Notes: generated by a model not told the origin, from the letters alone. A stretch of 64,000 nucleotides of DNA from Leucoraja ocellata (GCA_036785375.1 JAWMAR010000263.1:2728001-2792000); one strand, 5' to 3'. Positions 38,345 to 51,215 are shown, numbered from the stretch's first letter. Numbers and translations: made by a program.

Positions 38345-39354
38345 AGAAGCAGGGTGGCAGAGCCTCACGGCTGGGCCCAGGGTCGACGGAGCCCCATGAC
38401 AAGGAACTTGCTCAAGTAGATTGGAGTAAGTGGGTCGACCTAACCCCGCGGCCAGTCCCTGGGTCAACACAGTGGAGGCATCAGGAGTGGACCTGGTGGC
38501 ATTCGTCGAGGCAATCGATGAGGGCGCCAGTCGTCGAGGACGTGGGACAAGGGAGCCGGACCACGTGCCGCCGGGAACAAAGGAGGACCTAGCGTGGGAA
38601 ACATAGAAACATAGAAATTAGGTGCAGGAGTAGGCCATTCGGCCCTTCGAGCCTGCACCGCAATTCAATATGATCATGGCTGATCATCCAACTCAGTATC
38701 CCGTACCTGCCTTCTCTCCATACCCTCTGATCCCCTTAGCCACAAGGGCCACATCTAACTCCCTCTTAAATATAGCCAATGAACTGGCCTCGACTACCCT
38801 CTGTGGCAGAGAGTTCCAGAGATTCACCACTCTCTGTGTGAAAAAATGTCTTCTCATCTCAGTTTTAAAGGATTTCCCCCTTATCCTTAAGCTGTGACCC
38901 CTTGTCCTGGACTTCCCCAACATCGGGAGCAATCTTCCTGCATCTAGCCTGTCCAATCCCTTAAGAATTTTGTAAGTTTCTATAAGATCCCCTCTCAATC
39001 TCCTAAATTCTAGGGAGTATAAACCAAGTCTATCCAGTCTTTCTTCATAAGACAGTCCTGACATCCCAGGAATCAGTCTGGTGAACCTTCTCTGCACTTC
39101 CTCTATGGCAATAATGTCTTTCCTCAGATTTGGAGGCCAAAACTGTACGCAATACTCCAGGTGTGGTCTCACCAAGACCCTGTACAACTGCAGTAGAACC
39201 TCCCTGCTCCTATGCTCAAATCCTTTTGCTATGAAGACCGGGTGAAGACCTGGCGCGAGACTTTGTCAAATGTGTAACTTTGTCACCGCCCTTTATGCAT
39301 AGAAAAAAATGTCACTGTGACTTGTCACATGTGACAATAAAGTATTCATTCATT
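38345..39354 (+). mobile_element. GC-rich element fragment with Rex1-type tail, split by a HER1 insertion (38600-39234)
   Basis: 3' end gtcactgtgacttgtcacatgtgacaataaagt(attc)n. Confidence 0.55.
38600..39234 (-). mobile_element. HER1/CR1 LINE 3' fragment (young)
   Basis: Nearly identical to 16184-16832. Confidence 0.95.
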
Positions 39355-40127
39355 CGAGATGAGGTGGAATTTTTTCAGTCAGATGGTGGTGAATCTGTGG
39401 AATTAATTGCCACAGACAGCTGTGGAGGCAAAGTAATTGGGTATTTTTAAGGCACAGATTGATATATTCTTGATTATTAAGGATGTCAGGGTTTTAGGGA
39501 GAAGGCAGGAGAATGGGGTTGAGAGGGAAATATAGATCAGCCGTGATTGAATGGCAGAGTCGACTTGAGAGGCTGAATGGCCTAATTCTGCTCCTATAAC
39601 TTATGAACAAAAAGAATCACTTCAGAAGTTAAACAGCCATTTTGGCATACATAAAAGTAAACTAGATCATCGATATACTGAATTACCACGTGTAAAGATA
39701 CTGTATGCAGGTTGTTGTTGATGTGCACAATATGCCAAAAGTACAGCAATTTATAACAAAAAGAGATGATGACTATCAAGGTATCAAGGCCACGACAAAC
39801 TGACAAATAGCTGATTTGTTCCCACACAGTCAAAAACAGTACCTCATAATTGCCGTCTATTATTCCTGAGTTCCCATGTGTTGGGAAGCTGAAAGATTTG
39901 AGAGCTGGTACAATAATTACAGCGTTTAAATTTCTCTTTGCAGAACAATACGCAAAAAAAATATGATGACAGTTTCTATTTTACTTTTAAAGAAAGTTAT
40001 AAGTATGAAGCAAATTGGCTTCATAAACACAAGTTATTTCCACATATAATATCCAGATATCTTTGGAAAGAGTCAATCAAATCCGAGGATTTATGGACAA
40101 AGACAGGGATGGCCCACGAGTCAAAGT

Positions 40128-40903
40128 TTTGATTTGGGGTAAGGCCAACTTTGGTATTAGACTGGAACTTGTTCAAGTTGATTGGAGTAAGTTGTTTGCA
40201 GGCTGTATAACATTCTTAAAGGATTGGACAGGCTAGATGCAGGAAAGGTTTTCCCAATGTTGGGCGAGTCCAGAACCACGGGTCACAGTTTATGAATAAG
40301 GGGCAGGCTATTTAAGACTGAGATGAGGAAAAACTTTTTCACCCAGAGAGTTGTGAATCTGTGGAATTCTCTGCCAGAGATAGTTAGATTTAGCTCTTAG
40401 GCTACAGGAATCAAGGGATATGGGGAAAAAGCAGTAACGGGGCACTGATTTTAGATGATCAGCCATGATCATATTGAATGGTGGTGCTTGCTCGAAGGGC
40501 TGAATGGCCTATTCCTGCACCTATTTTTCTATGTTTCTAGGATGGAAAGTGGGATCCTTTTGAAGGTGTGGTGACAAGAGTTCAAGACATGCATGTTCCT
40601 CTTAGAGTGAAGGGATAGGCAGGTGGAAGTAAGGAACCTCGGATGACAAGAGAAATTGAGGAACTGGTCAGGAAAAAGAAGGAGAAATGGGACGTATAGG
40701 AAGCTGGGATCAAATGTATTCGTGAATGAGTTTTGGGAACTGAGGAGAATAATTAAGAAATAAATCAGAAGGGCAAACAGAGGGCAGGAGACAGTTCTGG
40801 TGGATAATATTAAGGGAAATCCAAAGCGATTTTATGTATATTAAGGGAAAGAGGGTGACTAGAGAGAGAATAAGGCTTCTTAGAAACCAAAGTGGGATAT
40901 GGT
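40128..40903 (+). mobile_element. Old CR1 ORF2 fragment with a younger HER1 3' fragment nested (40205-40539)
   Basis: Flanks are homologous to 5770-6170. The inner part has the HER1 C-terminus and tttctatgtttcta tail. Confidence 0.8.
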
Positions 40904-41609
40904 TCATAAGCAGGCAAATGAGATTAGTTTATCCTGGCATCATGTTCAACACAAATATCATGGGCTGAAGGGCCCGTTCCAGTATTGCACTGTTGTACGT
41001 TCTATGTTAGATATGGATTTGTAGAGAGAAATGCCTAAACATTTTTTTTTCTTCTTCAGCAGAGCCTTGGGATTGAGCATGACTTGTTTTCACTCCATTT
41101 CTGAGGAGCGAAATATGACTGCATGTGAATGCTTTTAATGTGGAGTGCCCAATGCACACCAGCCACCTTTTTGTCTTGATCTTATGGCAAAGGATGGCTG
41201 GAGACCAGATTTTTGCTCTATGGAATTGCCACGGAAACACATGTGAAAACACACACACACACAGACACACATACTCTAAATACACATACTGTAGACGCAC
41301 TCAGGTCATAAGCAAATTTCAACATGTGAATAATCTTCTATCACCCTGCCCCCTATTAACCAGTTTCTTTCCTTCCTTCAGTATGCAGTACCTTCCCGAA
41401 GAGGATATCTTCACAAATAACAGTCACCACCCTCCCCCACCAACACCCAGTCCCTGTGGGGACAGCTGGTTAGTTAAGAATAAAGATTATTCTTTAGTCT
41501 ATAAGGGATTCATGCATTATGAAGGACAGGCAGGAAAGTAGAGGCGAGCCAAGATTGCCTCAGTCATGATCGTATTCAAGGGCAGAGCAGTCTTGAGGGC
41601 AACAGGGTT

Positions 41610-42142
41610 TAATGTGGAGTTTGGAAAGATGAGGTGGGACTCAGGCAGGAACGGGGTGCTGATTGTGGATGATCAGCCATGATCACATTGAATGGCGGTG
41701 CTGGCTCGAAGGGCTGAATAGCCTACTCCTGCACCTATTGTCTATTGTCTATGGTCTATTCATTGAAACTTGCTGAATAGCGAAAGGCCAGGTTGGAGTA
41801 AAAGTGGAGAAGATGTTTCCACTAATAGGAAAGCCTAGGACCAGCCTCTGAGGCCATAGCCTCAGAATGAAAGGACGGACTTTTAGAAAGGAGATGAGGA
41901 GGAATTTCTTTAGTCTGTGGGTGATGAATCTGTAGAATTAATTTGGACAGAAGGCTGTGGATGCCAAGTCAATGGATATTTTTAAGGCAGAGATTGATAG
42001 ATTCTTGATTGGTATGGATGTCTGAGGTTATGGGGCGAAGTCAGGAGAATGGAGTTGAGATGGAAAGATAGATCAACCATGATTGAATGGCAGAGTAAAC
42101 AATGGGCTGAATGGCCTAATTCTGCTTCTAAAACTTATGAAT
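41610..42142 (+). mobile_element. CR1 3' fragment with a nested short CR1 tail (~41645-41760)
   Basis: EF..MR.D / IET...TRGHS-like sequence, and a (CTATTGT)n tail. Confidence 0.75.
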
Positions 42143-43192
42143 GTGCTTCTATTTATTATATTGTTGATCCTGGTTATGAGAACGGGAAGAAGTAGAAATA
42201 ACCAAAATGAAAGAAAAATTATGGGGGCTCATAGGCACTGGGTAGGAATTTAAAACAAAATGGCATTGCCCTAGCAGCTGCAATAGAAATGGACACAATG
42301 AAGGTGTCGAATGTGGTACTGAAAGGAAGCAAATGGGCAGAAATATTGTCCTGCTTGCTCTAAGTCAGTGAATTTGTAGCAGATTATGGTCCTTAGCCTC
42401 TCACATGAAATGGAAATAAAGGAGACAAGGAAGGGATTGGTTGGAGTGAATCACATAATGGTGAAGAGCAGAGTGAACATTGGCAGAAAAAAAATGATGT
42501 CCACTTCAATTTGGAGCAGGAATTGACATTAATATAGTCATCATGCCAGAATAAAAAGTACGAGAGGCTGACCAGAGTTGGACTGAAAGAAATAATATTT
42601 CACATATCCTGCAAAGGCACAAGCATAGTTGGGACCCAGGTGCGTTCCCATAGCAACACATTGGGCCAAGTCATGCTGGTTGTAGTCAGCACAATTACAT
42701 CCTAGATTTATATGCATGGTTGTCAGTCTGGGATTGCTCTCTCACTAGACTCTCCAAGGAATTCAATGGCAGATGTCAGAGTTACTGTGATTCAATACAT
42801 TACGGTGGAGAATCACCGCCCTAATCCCCAGGGCTGCATCTGAGAACCCTATGATTCAATTTGACAAATTATTAGGCAAATTGTTTTATTTCAGATTATC
42901 ATTTTACTTGTACCTAATTTTATTTTTTTAACATCAAACCAGGTTTAACGGAGGACAAAGTTTCGACCCCCACCTCTGCTTTCTGACAAAACGTGTTCGG
43001 TGCATTCCAGTGTGCGATCTCTCTACTAAGGTGCCCAAATCCTCAGCGCCATTTAAACCTCTCCATCAAAATAAAGCAAAGGCACATGAGATACAATTGG
43101 CCCATCGGAACCACCCTGCTTGATGTCATCTGTTGCCGGCCTTGATCGCTCCTGGTCTTTACTTGTTTCCAGTTCCTGTCCCATACAATTGG

Positions 43193-43320
43193 CTTTTTCT
43201 TCTCCTTGCCTAAAGTTGTAGGACAACTTGTTCTATTTGATCTTATTTGATTGTGCACGCCGGGTTGATTGCATTCATCGAAACTGGGCGGACCAAGTGA
43301 AGGTTGCAATCTTCCACCCC
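43193..43320 (-). mobile_element. Second copy of the HDV-ribozyme-headed mini-retroelement
   Basis: Homologous to 53276-53411, with an AAG-rich tail and an exact 8-bp TSD acaattgg (43185-92 / 43321-28). Confidence 0.8.
43267..43320 (-). ncRNA. Minimal HDV-like ribozyme motif (catalytic C mutated)
   Basis: GGGGUGG-AA-GAUUGCA-ACC-UUCACUU-GGU-CCGCCCA-G-UUUCGA-UGAA-UGCAAUC. P2 and P3 are perfect and P1 pairs 6 of 7, but CGAA has become UGAA (CpG-type decay). Confidence 0.65.
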
Positions 43321-44316
43321 ACAATTGGTCTGAAGAAGGGTCTCGACCCGAAATGTCACCTGTCCATTTTCTCCAGACATGCTGCCTGACCCAACCGACT
43401 TACTCCTGCAATTTGTGTCTATTTATCACATTAGATACAGGTTGGATGGCCCATTGGGCCGGCTCCACCATTGCATAGGATCATGGCTGATCTGGTTTTG
43501 GCCTCAGCTCCATTTTCTGCCTATCGCCATAAGCAAAGATCAGTATTAATATTCGATGGTTCACCTTCTGCATCTTTCTGGGAAAGAGAATCCTGACCAC
43601 TTACACCTCTCCTCATCTCCGTGCTAAATGATGGGTTAGTTGTTCCGAAACTGGATTCCCCAGGTTTAGATTTTACGTGAGAGGAAACATTCTTTCAGCA
43701 TCTACTTTGTGAATCTCCATTATGTTTCGGTAAGATTTACCTCTTGGTTTTCTAAATGAATGAAGGCTCAACCTGCACCAATCTATCCCCATGCGATGGT
43801 TGAGAGGCTGCCCCTGGGTTCAGCCAGTGTGGGGTTTGCACATTCTCCCTGTGATCACATAGATTTCTCCAATTACTCGGGTCTTCTCCCACGCACCAAA
43901 GGGCAAGTGGTTGTTAAGTTACCGCGAGACACAAAGTGCTTCTGTGACAGCGGGTCAGGCAGCAATCCCTGGAAAACATGGATAGGTGACGTTTTGGAAC
44001 GAGAATGGTTGGTAAGTTAACTGGCCACTGTAAATTGCTCCAAGTGTAACTAGGTGGCAGGACGACTTGTGCGTATGGGGGGAATTTGATGGGGATGCAA
44101 GAGGAAAAATAAGATGAGTGTAGGATTAGTGTTGATGGGTGTTCACAGTTGGCATGGGCATTCTGGACCGTGCTGTTTGATATTCTATGCTTCAGAGATA
44201 ACACTTTATCCCTGGCACCAACCAAGCAAACCTTCTCTGAACCGCTCCAATGCAAAAATATTCCTCCTTAAGAAGACCAGAGTTTTAGTCAGTGTGTGTA
44301 CACTAATACTTTTTTA

Positions 44317-44620
44317 GGTTAGTTTAGGCTTACAGCGCAGAAACAGGCATTTCGGCCCACCAGATTCACGCCAATCAGCAATCCCCACATACTTACACTA
44401 CCCTACACACACTAAGAACAATTAACAATTATACAAAGCCAATTAACCTACAAACCTGTACGTCTTTGGAATGTGGGAGGAAACCGGCGATCCCGTATAA
44501 AACCCACGCAGGTCACGGGGAGAATGTACAAACTCTGTACAGACAGCACTCGCAGTCAGGATCGAACCCGCGTCCCTGGCGGTGTAAGGCAGCAAATCTA
44601 CAGCTGCACCACCGTGCCGC
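44317..44620 (-). mobile_element. HE1-type V-SINE
   Basis: Reverse complement of the family pattern. Confidence 0.88.
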
Positions 44621-44744
44621 ACTTATTCTGTGGCTTTTTAATCTGCTGCGACCTCTCCAGAATCAATGGAATTTTGAACAATCACAATCAATGTAGGGCT
44701 GCTTCTTTTATGAACCCAGAGTTCAGACCAGCAGGTCTAGTGGA

Positions 44745-45100
44745 CTTAGGGTAAAGTGTACAAAATCATGAGAGGAATAGATCAGGTAAATGCACAGTCC
44801 TTGGCCAAGAGTAGTGGAATCGAGAACCGAAGAGCATAGGTTTAAAGTGAGGGGAGAAAGATTTAATAGGAATCTGAGAGGTAGCCTTTTTACACAAAGG
44901 GTGGTGGATGTATGGAATGAGCTGCCATAGGAGGTAGTTGAGGCAGGTACTATCACACATTTAGACAGGTACATGGATAGGATTGGTTTAGAGGGATGTG
45001 GGCCAAAGGCAGGCAGGTGGGACTAACGTAGATGGGGCATGTTGGTCGGTGTGTGGACATTGGGCTGATTAGCATGATTTCATGCTGTATGACTCTGTGA
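44745..45100 (+). mobile_element. CR1 3' fragment
   Basis: aggtttaaagtgaggggagaaagatttaataggaatctgag...ggtggtggatgtatggaatgagctgcc. Confidence 0.8.
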
Positions 45101-45426
45101 TCCTGGTCTCATTAATGTATCTATTATCTAGTGACAGTGATTGTTTTATGTTCCTCCCATTCTTTTGCTTCTGAATTTTTCACTATTATGGGGAGGTCTT
45201 TAGCATGTTCTATTATGATGGGAGATACAAAACATGTTATCAAAGCCTCTACCCTTTCCTTTTTTTAAAAATATCATTAACCTGTCAAAAAAATCAATCA
45301 AGGACTCGGACTTATGGAGAGCGACACTTTATTACGGGTTATCATGGAGGAACTGTCCCAGGAAACAGTTCATCCAGAGTACAGACGGCACGGGTTTATA
45401 TACTGCCGAACAACAGTGTATGTGCA

Positions 45427-45730
45427 GTAGACACAAAATGCTGGAGTAACTCAGTGGGTGAGGCAGCATCTCTGGAGAAACTTCTCTAACTTCAGATAGC
45501 CCTTGCTTTCTCTCTCCATCCCCTTATCCTTCCCAGTTCTCCCACTCCATTTACTGCCTCCGGCTACATTCTATCTTTGTCCCACTCACTCCCCTGACAT
45601 CAGTGTGAAGAAGGGTCTCGACCCGAAACATCACCCATTCCTTCTCTCCAGAGATGCTGCCTGTCCCGCTGAGTTACTCCAGCATTTTGTGCCTACCTTC
45701 GAACCATCATCTGTAGTTCGTTCCTACACA
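45427..45730. mobile_element. Penelope-derived element with inverted pseudo-LTR pieces
   Basis: gtagacacaaaatgctggagtaactcag... at the left and ...ctgagttactccagcattttgtgcctac at the right. Decayed hammerhead at ~45605-45632. Confidence 0.7.
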
Positions 45731-46184
45731 AGTGTATGTGCGGACTAGCCCAGACCTGAGTTCCTTAAACAGCTTAGTAAGGGCATTGCGATTTTATCGA
45801 AACTGCCTAAATTACATTACTTAGATCCGTACATAGGCGTTGTTAGTTTTGCAGATAATAGATAATAACATCATGCACAAAGAAACAGATATCTGTATAC
45901 AATGCTCCAATCATATGGCCAAGGCTTCCCTAAGAACAATGTGCATCTTTAGTTTTGCAATACATGTCAGCAAGCAGAGCAGTTAAAGTCACGCAAAATG
46001 TTCTCATATAACCCCCACAGTCTCATCATCCGAATGACTACCACTTATATTAGTTGCGTTTCTTTTTAAATTCTTGCAAAGCTCTTACTGTCTGTTTATC
46101 AAATTCTTGCAAGCTTACTCTCACAATCTATTTTCTCCCTCTTTATTACTTGTATAATTTAGGGCTGAAACAACTGGCTCGATA

Positions 46185-46940
46185 AGTTTGCTAGCATCAT
46201 AGCAAAAGGATTTGAGTATAGGAGCAGGGAGGTTCTACTGCAGTTGTACAGGGTCTTGGTGAGACCACACCTGGAGTATTGCGTACAGTTTTGGTCTCCT
46301 AATCTGAGGAAAGACATTCTAATAAGCTGCTATAGATTCACTTCTAGGCTAAGATGGCATTGGTGCAATAGCTTATATATATTTTAGGCTAATATGCAAT
46401 TTCTTAATGTATCTGTAATTCTTTCTACTGTTTGATGTGTATATGGACCTGTATCTGAAATAAAGTTTTAATAATAATAATAATAATTCTTACCATAGAG
46501 GTTGTACAGAGAAGGTTCACCAGACTGATTCCTGTACTCGCTAGAATTGGAAGATTGAGGGGGATCTTATAGAACTTACAAAATTCTTAAGTGGTTGGAC
46601 AGGCTAGATGCAGGAAGATTGTTCCCGATGTTGGTGAAGTCCAGAACAAGGGGTCACAGTTTAAGGATAAGGGGGAAATCTTTTAGGATCGAGATGAGGA
46701 AACATTTTTCACAGAGTGGTGAATCTCTGGAATTCTCTGCCACAGAAGGTAGTTGAGGCCAGTCAATTGGCTATATTTAAGAGGGAGTTAGATGTGGCCC
46801 TTGTGGCTAAAGGGATCGGGGATAGGGAGAAAGGCAGGTACAGGATACTGAGTTGGATGATCAGCCATGATCATATTGAATGGCGATGCAGGCTCGAAGG
46901 GCCGAATGGCCTACTCCTGCACTATTTTCTATGTTTCTAT
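46185..46940 (+). mobile_element. HER1/CR1 LINE 3' fragment with a nested 165-bp insert (46321-46485)
   Basis: ORF2 C-terminal sequence and tail. The insert ends AATAAA+(AAT)n and is flanked by an attct duplication. Confidence 0.9.
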
Positions 46941-47526
46941 AAGCATGTTGGTGATAATTCTGGGCAGATCACCAACTGGTGTTTTTTTTGAGGAAATGCC
47001 ATAGAATCAAAGGTTGTTCAAATAGAGAACAATATCAGGAAGACACCAGAGAGTGAATGACGGAGGGACCTCATTTGAACTTTTGTTTGAAGGTCAAGGA
47101 TAATTAGTCCAATCTGCAGGTAAATAGAGAATAGAAGGATCGGACAAAAATGAGATCAGTCAGGAAAATTAAAACTGTCAAAGGCCATCAAAAGTATTTA
47201 AGTTTGGAACAGAATAGAACACTTCAGCTTATACACACGACTGGATTGGCAGAATAAAAACAGAAAATACTCTAACTGTTCAGTGTGCATTTTTGGAAAG
47301 AGAAAACAGTTAGCATTTCAAGCCAGGGATCTTCATTAGAAATGAAAGCAGTTTTTTGATGGATGGGCTGGGTATTTTGTCTCAAAGTTTGTCAAACTCT
47401 CAAATGACAAAGCTGGTTGCAATATTGCGAAATGCAACATGGTAAGGAGGTTGACAGAGGGAATGGGCAAGGTGGCACACACAATGCATGGAAATTTAGT
47501 AGACAAATGGATGATACTGTTTAGAT

Positions 47527-47761
47527 CAGGGGTTTCCCAACCTCTTTCGTCCTGTTTACCCCCTGGCAACTTTTTTGAAAGTAAATTTACCCCCACCCTG
47601 TTTTTTCAGTAATTTGAGTTACGCTTCTACCATAATAAAGCAACCTACAAAGAGGACATTTTAAAATACTGTTTTCAACAAATCCAGATTCAAGAAATGT
47701 ACCCTCTGGGTGGGTGTAATTTACCCCTTGGGGCAAATTTACCTCAGGTTGGAAACCCTTG
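47527..47761. mobile_element. 235-bp hAT-type MITE
   Basis: TIRs CAGGGGTTTCCCAACCT / AGGTTGGAAACCCTTG and an 8-bp TSD gtttagat / gtttggat. Confidence 0.85.
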
Positions 47762-47848
47762 GTTTGGATGATTGTATTGTTTTCAAGAGAGAGTTTGATT
47801 TAGCTCTTAGGGCTAAGGGAATCAAGGGATATGAGGAATAAGCCAGAA

Positions 47849-48700
47849 TCCGGTAGGTGCGCGACTCTGGACAGCAGCGGCCTCTGCAGCCCGTCCGCGT
47901 TTTTATTATTTTTTGTCTATGTTTATATGTAGTTTTTGTTATTTTTTGTTGGGGTGTGTGTGTGGGGGGGGGGGGTGGGGGTGGGGGGTGGGAGGGAGGG
48001 GGTAACTTTTAAATCTCTCCCTGCACTGGAGACCCAACCTTTCTTGTCGGGTCTCCGTTGTCGTTGGGGCTGCAATGAGGAGCGGCCTCCAACAGAAGAA
48101 GCTGGGGACTCTGGTGCCGACTCACCTCACCGTCGCGGAGCTGGCGAGTTCGGAGCGGGTGGAGCGGTGGTGGAGCGCTGCTGCTGCTGCTGCTGACTCG
48201 GAGGCTGCAACTGCGGGTCTGCGGACGGCGGCACCGGGAGCCCGCAGGTCCCTGGAGGGAGACCGCTTTTCAGGGCTCCTGCAACGCGACTTCTCCCGCC
48301 CGAGTTGCGGGGGTCGAAGAGCTCCTGGAGCGGGGCCTGACACCACTGCCCGCGCAGCTTGGAATGGCCACTGGACTCTGCGAGCGCACACCGGGGGCTC
48401 CAATACCAAGACCCAGTGTGCGACCTCGCACCACCAGGCGTGGCTTAAATGGCCGCGGGACAATCGCCATCGCCAGCCGGGGGCTTTGACTTTGACTCTG
48501 TCATCGGGGGGGGGGGGGGGAGTGCAGTGGAGAGATAAGTTTTTTTTGGCCTTCCATCACAGCATGTGATGGATGTTTATGTAAAATGTAAATTATGTTG
48601 TGTCTGGGGTCTATTTGTTTGTAAGTATGGCTGCAGAAACGGCATTTCGTTTGGACCTCAAGGGGTCCAAATGACAATTAAATTGACTATTGACTATTGA
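47849..48700 (+). mobile_element. ~850-bp GC-rich non-autonomous retroelement (same young subfamily as 20266-21137)
   Basis: tccggtaggtgcgcgactctgg ... ggtccaaatgacaattaaattgactattgactattga. Inserted inside a CR1 3' fragment. Confidence 0.8.
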
Positions 48701-49034
48701 ACTGGATACTGATTCTGGATGAACAGCCATGAACATATTGAATGGCGGTGCTGCTCGATGGGCCGAATGGCCTACTCCTCACCCATTTTCTATGTTTCTA
48801 TGGCCATACACTTAGGGATAGAGAATTGGCAGAGACGAGACAGATGATTGACTCCCTTGAACTTAAACCTCAGAAAGAGGGTCAAAGTTGGATATTTGAT
48901 GCAGACAAGGGAGGAGGAGCTGCGGTGTGGTGGAGGTGTTTAAACAGCAAACTACTGGGGGTATTGAAAACGTGAAATAACATGAATATTGAAAATAGAT
49001 CAGGCAGCATCTGTTCAAAAAAAAAAAGTGTGTC

Positions 49035-49225
49035 AGAAGGAATTGCAGATGCAGGTTACATCAAAGACAGCTATTAAATGCTGGATTAACTCAGTGGGAC
49101 GGACAGCAGCTCTGGAGAGAAGGAATGGGTGACTAAGGGTCTCAACCCAAAACGTTGCCCATTCTTTCTCTTCGGAGATGCTGCCTGTCCCGCTGAGTTA
49201 CTTCAGCATATTGTGTCTATCTTCG
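49035..49225. repeat. Penelope-derived fold-back element
   Basis: Inverted arms around gggtctcaaccc, decayed. Confidence 0.7.
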
Positions 49226-49828
49226 AAAGAAAAACGAGTTGCTGATCAGATGCTTTATGCTCTTGTTCATTGACTCAAATGTTTCTCTTCCCACAGATGC
49301 TGCCTCACATTCTGAGCATTGTCAGCTTTTATTTTATTTCTGATATGGTTGCTCTGGATTTCACTAACATAGGTCTATGGGTCTATTTCATTTATTCACA
49401 AATGAAATGAATGTGTTGCACAGTGACAGCTTCACGATAAGATACAACTTTTCTTACAGTGAACGACCTGGTTCAGTGCAGGGATGATGTTTTTCTGGCT
49501 GGCTGAGAGAGGCACAGCTCCAGTGACCAGATGCAATCCTGACCTCGAGTGCTTCTGTGTAGTTTGCACATTCTTCCTGCGCCTGCCTGGGTTTTTTTTC
49601 CGGCAGCTCCTCTCACGTCCCACAGACAAGAAAAAAACATTGCTGATCAGGTGCTTTATGCCTTTTGTTCATCGAATCAAATGTTTCTCTTCCCACAAGA
49701 TGCTGCTCACATGCTAAATATTGTCAGCTTTTATTTAGTAGTTGATATGATTGCTATGCATTGGATAGAGTGATGTGGAGAGATGTTTCCACTAGTGGAA
49801 GAGACCAGGACTAGAGGTCATAGCCTCA

Positions 49829-50137
49829 AGGGCTAGTTCCACTTACCCGACTGCCTGCACCCGTCATAGGTCATTGCAGGTCGCCGAAAATTTTCAACAT
49901 GTTGAAAATCGAGCTACGATTATTTGGGCGACTGAGGAGACTACTCACGACATACACGCGACACACCGGCGACATGTTGTGGAGTGAAGCCTGTATGGTC
50001 GTGAGTAGTCGCCCAAGAGTAGTACCATGTTCTGGTTGCCGCTGGATTTTCAACATGTTGAAAATTTTCGGCGACCTGCAACGATCTATGACGGGTGCCG
50101 GCAGTTGCCGAAAAAGTCGCGTAAGTGGGACAGGCCC
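49829..50137. mobile_element. PIF/Harbinger-type MITE inserted in a CR1 fragment
   Basis: TIRs agggctagttccactta / taagtgggacaggccca. The 3-bp TSD tca restores CR1 agcctcagaattaaagg. Confidence 0.75.
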
Positions 50138-50297
50138 ATCAGAATTAAAGGATGTTCCTTTGGGAAGGAGATGAGGAGGAATTTCTTTAGTCAGAGGGTG
50201 GTGAATCTATGGAATTCTTTACCAAAGAAGACTGTGGAGTGCAAGTCAATGGATATTTTTAAAGCATTTTTAAGATTCTTGATTAGTACGGATGTAG

Positions 50298-50874
50298 GAT
50301 CAGCAGATTGGTCTTCTCGCCTGTAAGTCACCATGAAGGTAACGCCCCTTCCGGCACCCGCGGAGAATAAAGCCCCGGAAGTGGGGCTGAGTCTGTTAGC
50401 TGCGTGCAGGCAGAGAGCAGTGTGAACTATTAAGTTGAACGGAAGTCTCTGAGTGAAGTCGGAGTGGGACCAGGAGCTATTGGGTGAGGCTGAAAGCTGA
50501 TGGTGCAGGGTGAGCAGAGTGCGAGCTTCATCCTCTGCGACTACCCCCCCTCCCCCCCCATTTCCCCCTCCTCCCTTTCCCCACCCGCACTGCCCCCCTT
50601 CCCCACACTGCCCCCCTTCCCCACATACACCCTCCCCCACACCCCCATCACCCATCCCCTCCCCCACACCATGCTCTTCCCCCCGCCCCCAACTCCACGC
50701 CCCTGCCCACACATGAAGAGGAGGGGGGGGGGGGGGGGGGGGGGGGATAAGTGGTAATGAGCCGAGCCAGTTGGGGCTATGGGTGAGTTGTGGAATATTG
50801 CGATGGATGAACGGGTTGTGTTGGGGGCCAGGCCTCCCGTGTGACTGGGACCCAACGGGTCCCACTTAGTCTAG
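50298..50874 (+). mobile_element. Non-autonomous Helitron, 3' portion
   Basis: Hairpin tgggaccc-aac-gggtccca (50846-64), then 6 nt, then CTAG followed by T. The 5' part is homologous to 54880-54980. Confidence 0.75.
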
Positions 50875-50879
50875 TGATA

Positions 50880-51215
50880 CAGTGATCTGCCAAGTCATAA
50901 AAACACAAAATACATGGAACATCAAATTGAAGTGATGACTGTATTGTGCAAAGATTGGGGGGGGGGGGGGGGGGGGGGGGGTGGTCAGTCTACCCCAGGA
51001 CAGAAGGGGGGAGGAGTTGTCAGTTTGATCGCCACAGGGAAGAATCTCCTGTGGCGTTCTGTGCTGCATCTTGGTGGAACCAGTCTGTTGCTGAAGGTAC
51101 TCCTCAGGTTGACCATGTGTGTCATGGATGAGCTGTATTATCCAGGATGCTCTGCAGTTTGAGGAGCATTCCCTCAAAGACCACCTCCCATGAACCCAAC
51201 TCTGCCCTAGGATGG
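50880..51215 (-). mobile_element. Rex1/Babar-like LINE 3' fragment
   Basis: Minus strand ...LVPPRCSTERHRRFFPVAIKL..., typical of the Rex1/Babar C-terminus. Confidence 0.6.

Noticed and set aside
47849-47900. Possible HDV-like ribozyme at the head of the GC-rich retroelement family
   Set aside because: I could not fit P1/P3/L3/J4/2 consistently across subfamilies.
50191-50865. 224-aa Gly/Pro-rich ORF
   Set aside because: Low-complexity interior of a Helitron fused to an antisense CR1 fragment.
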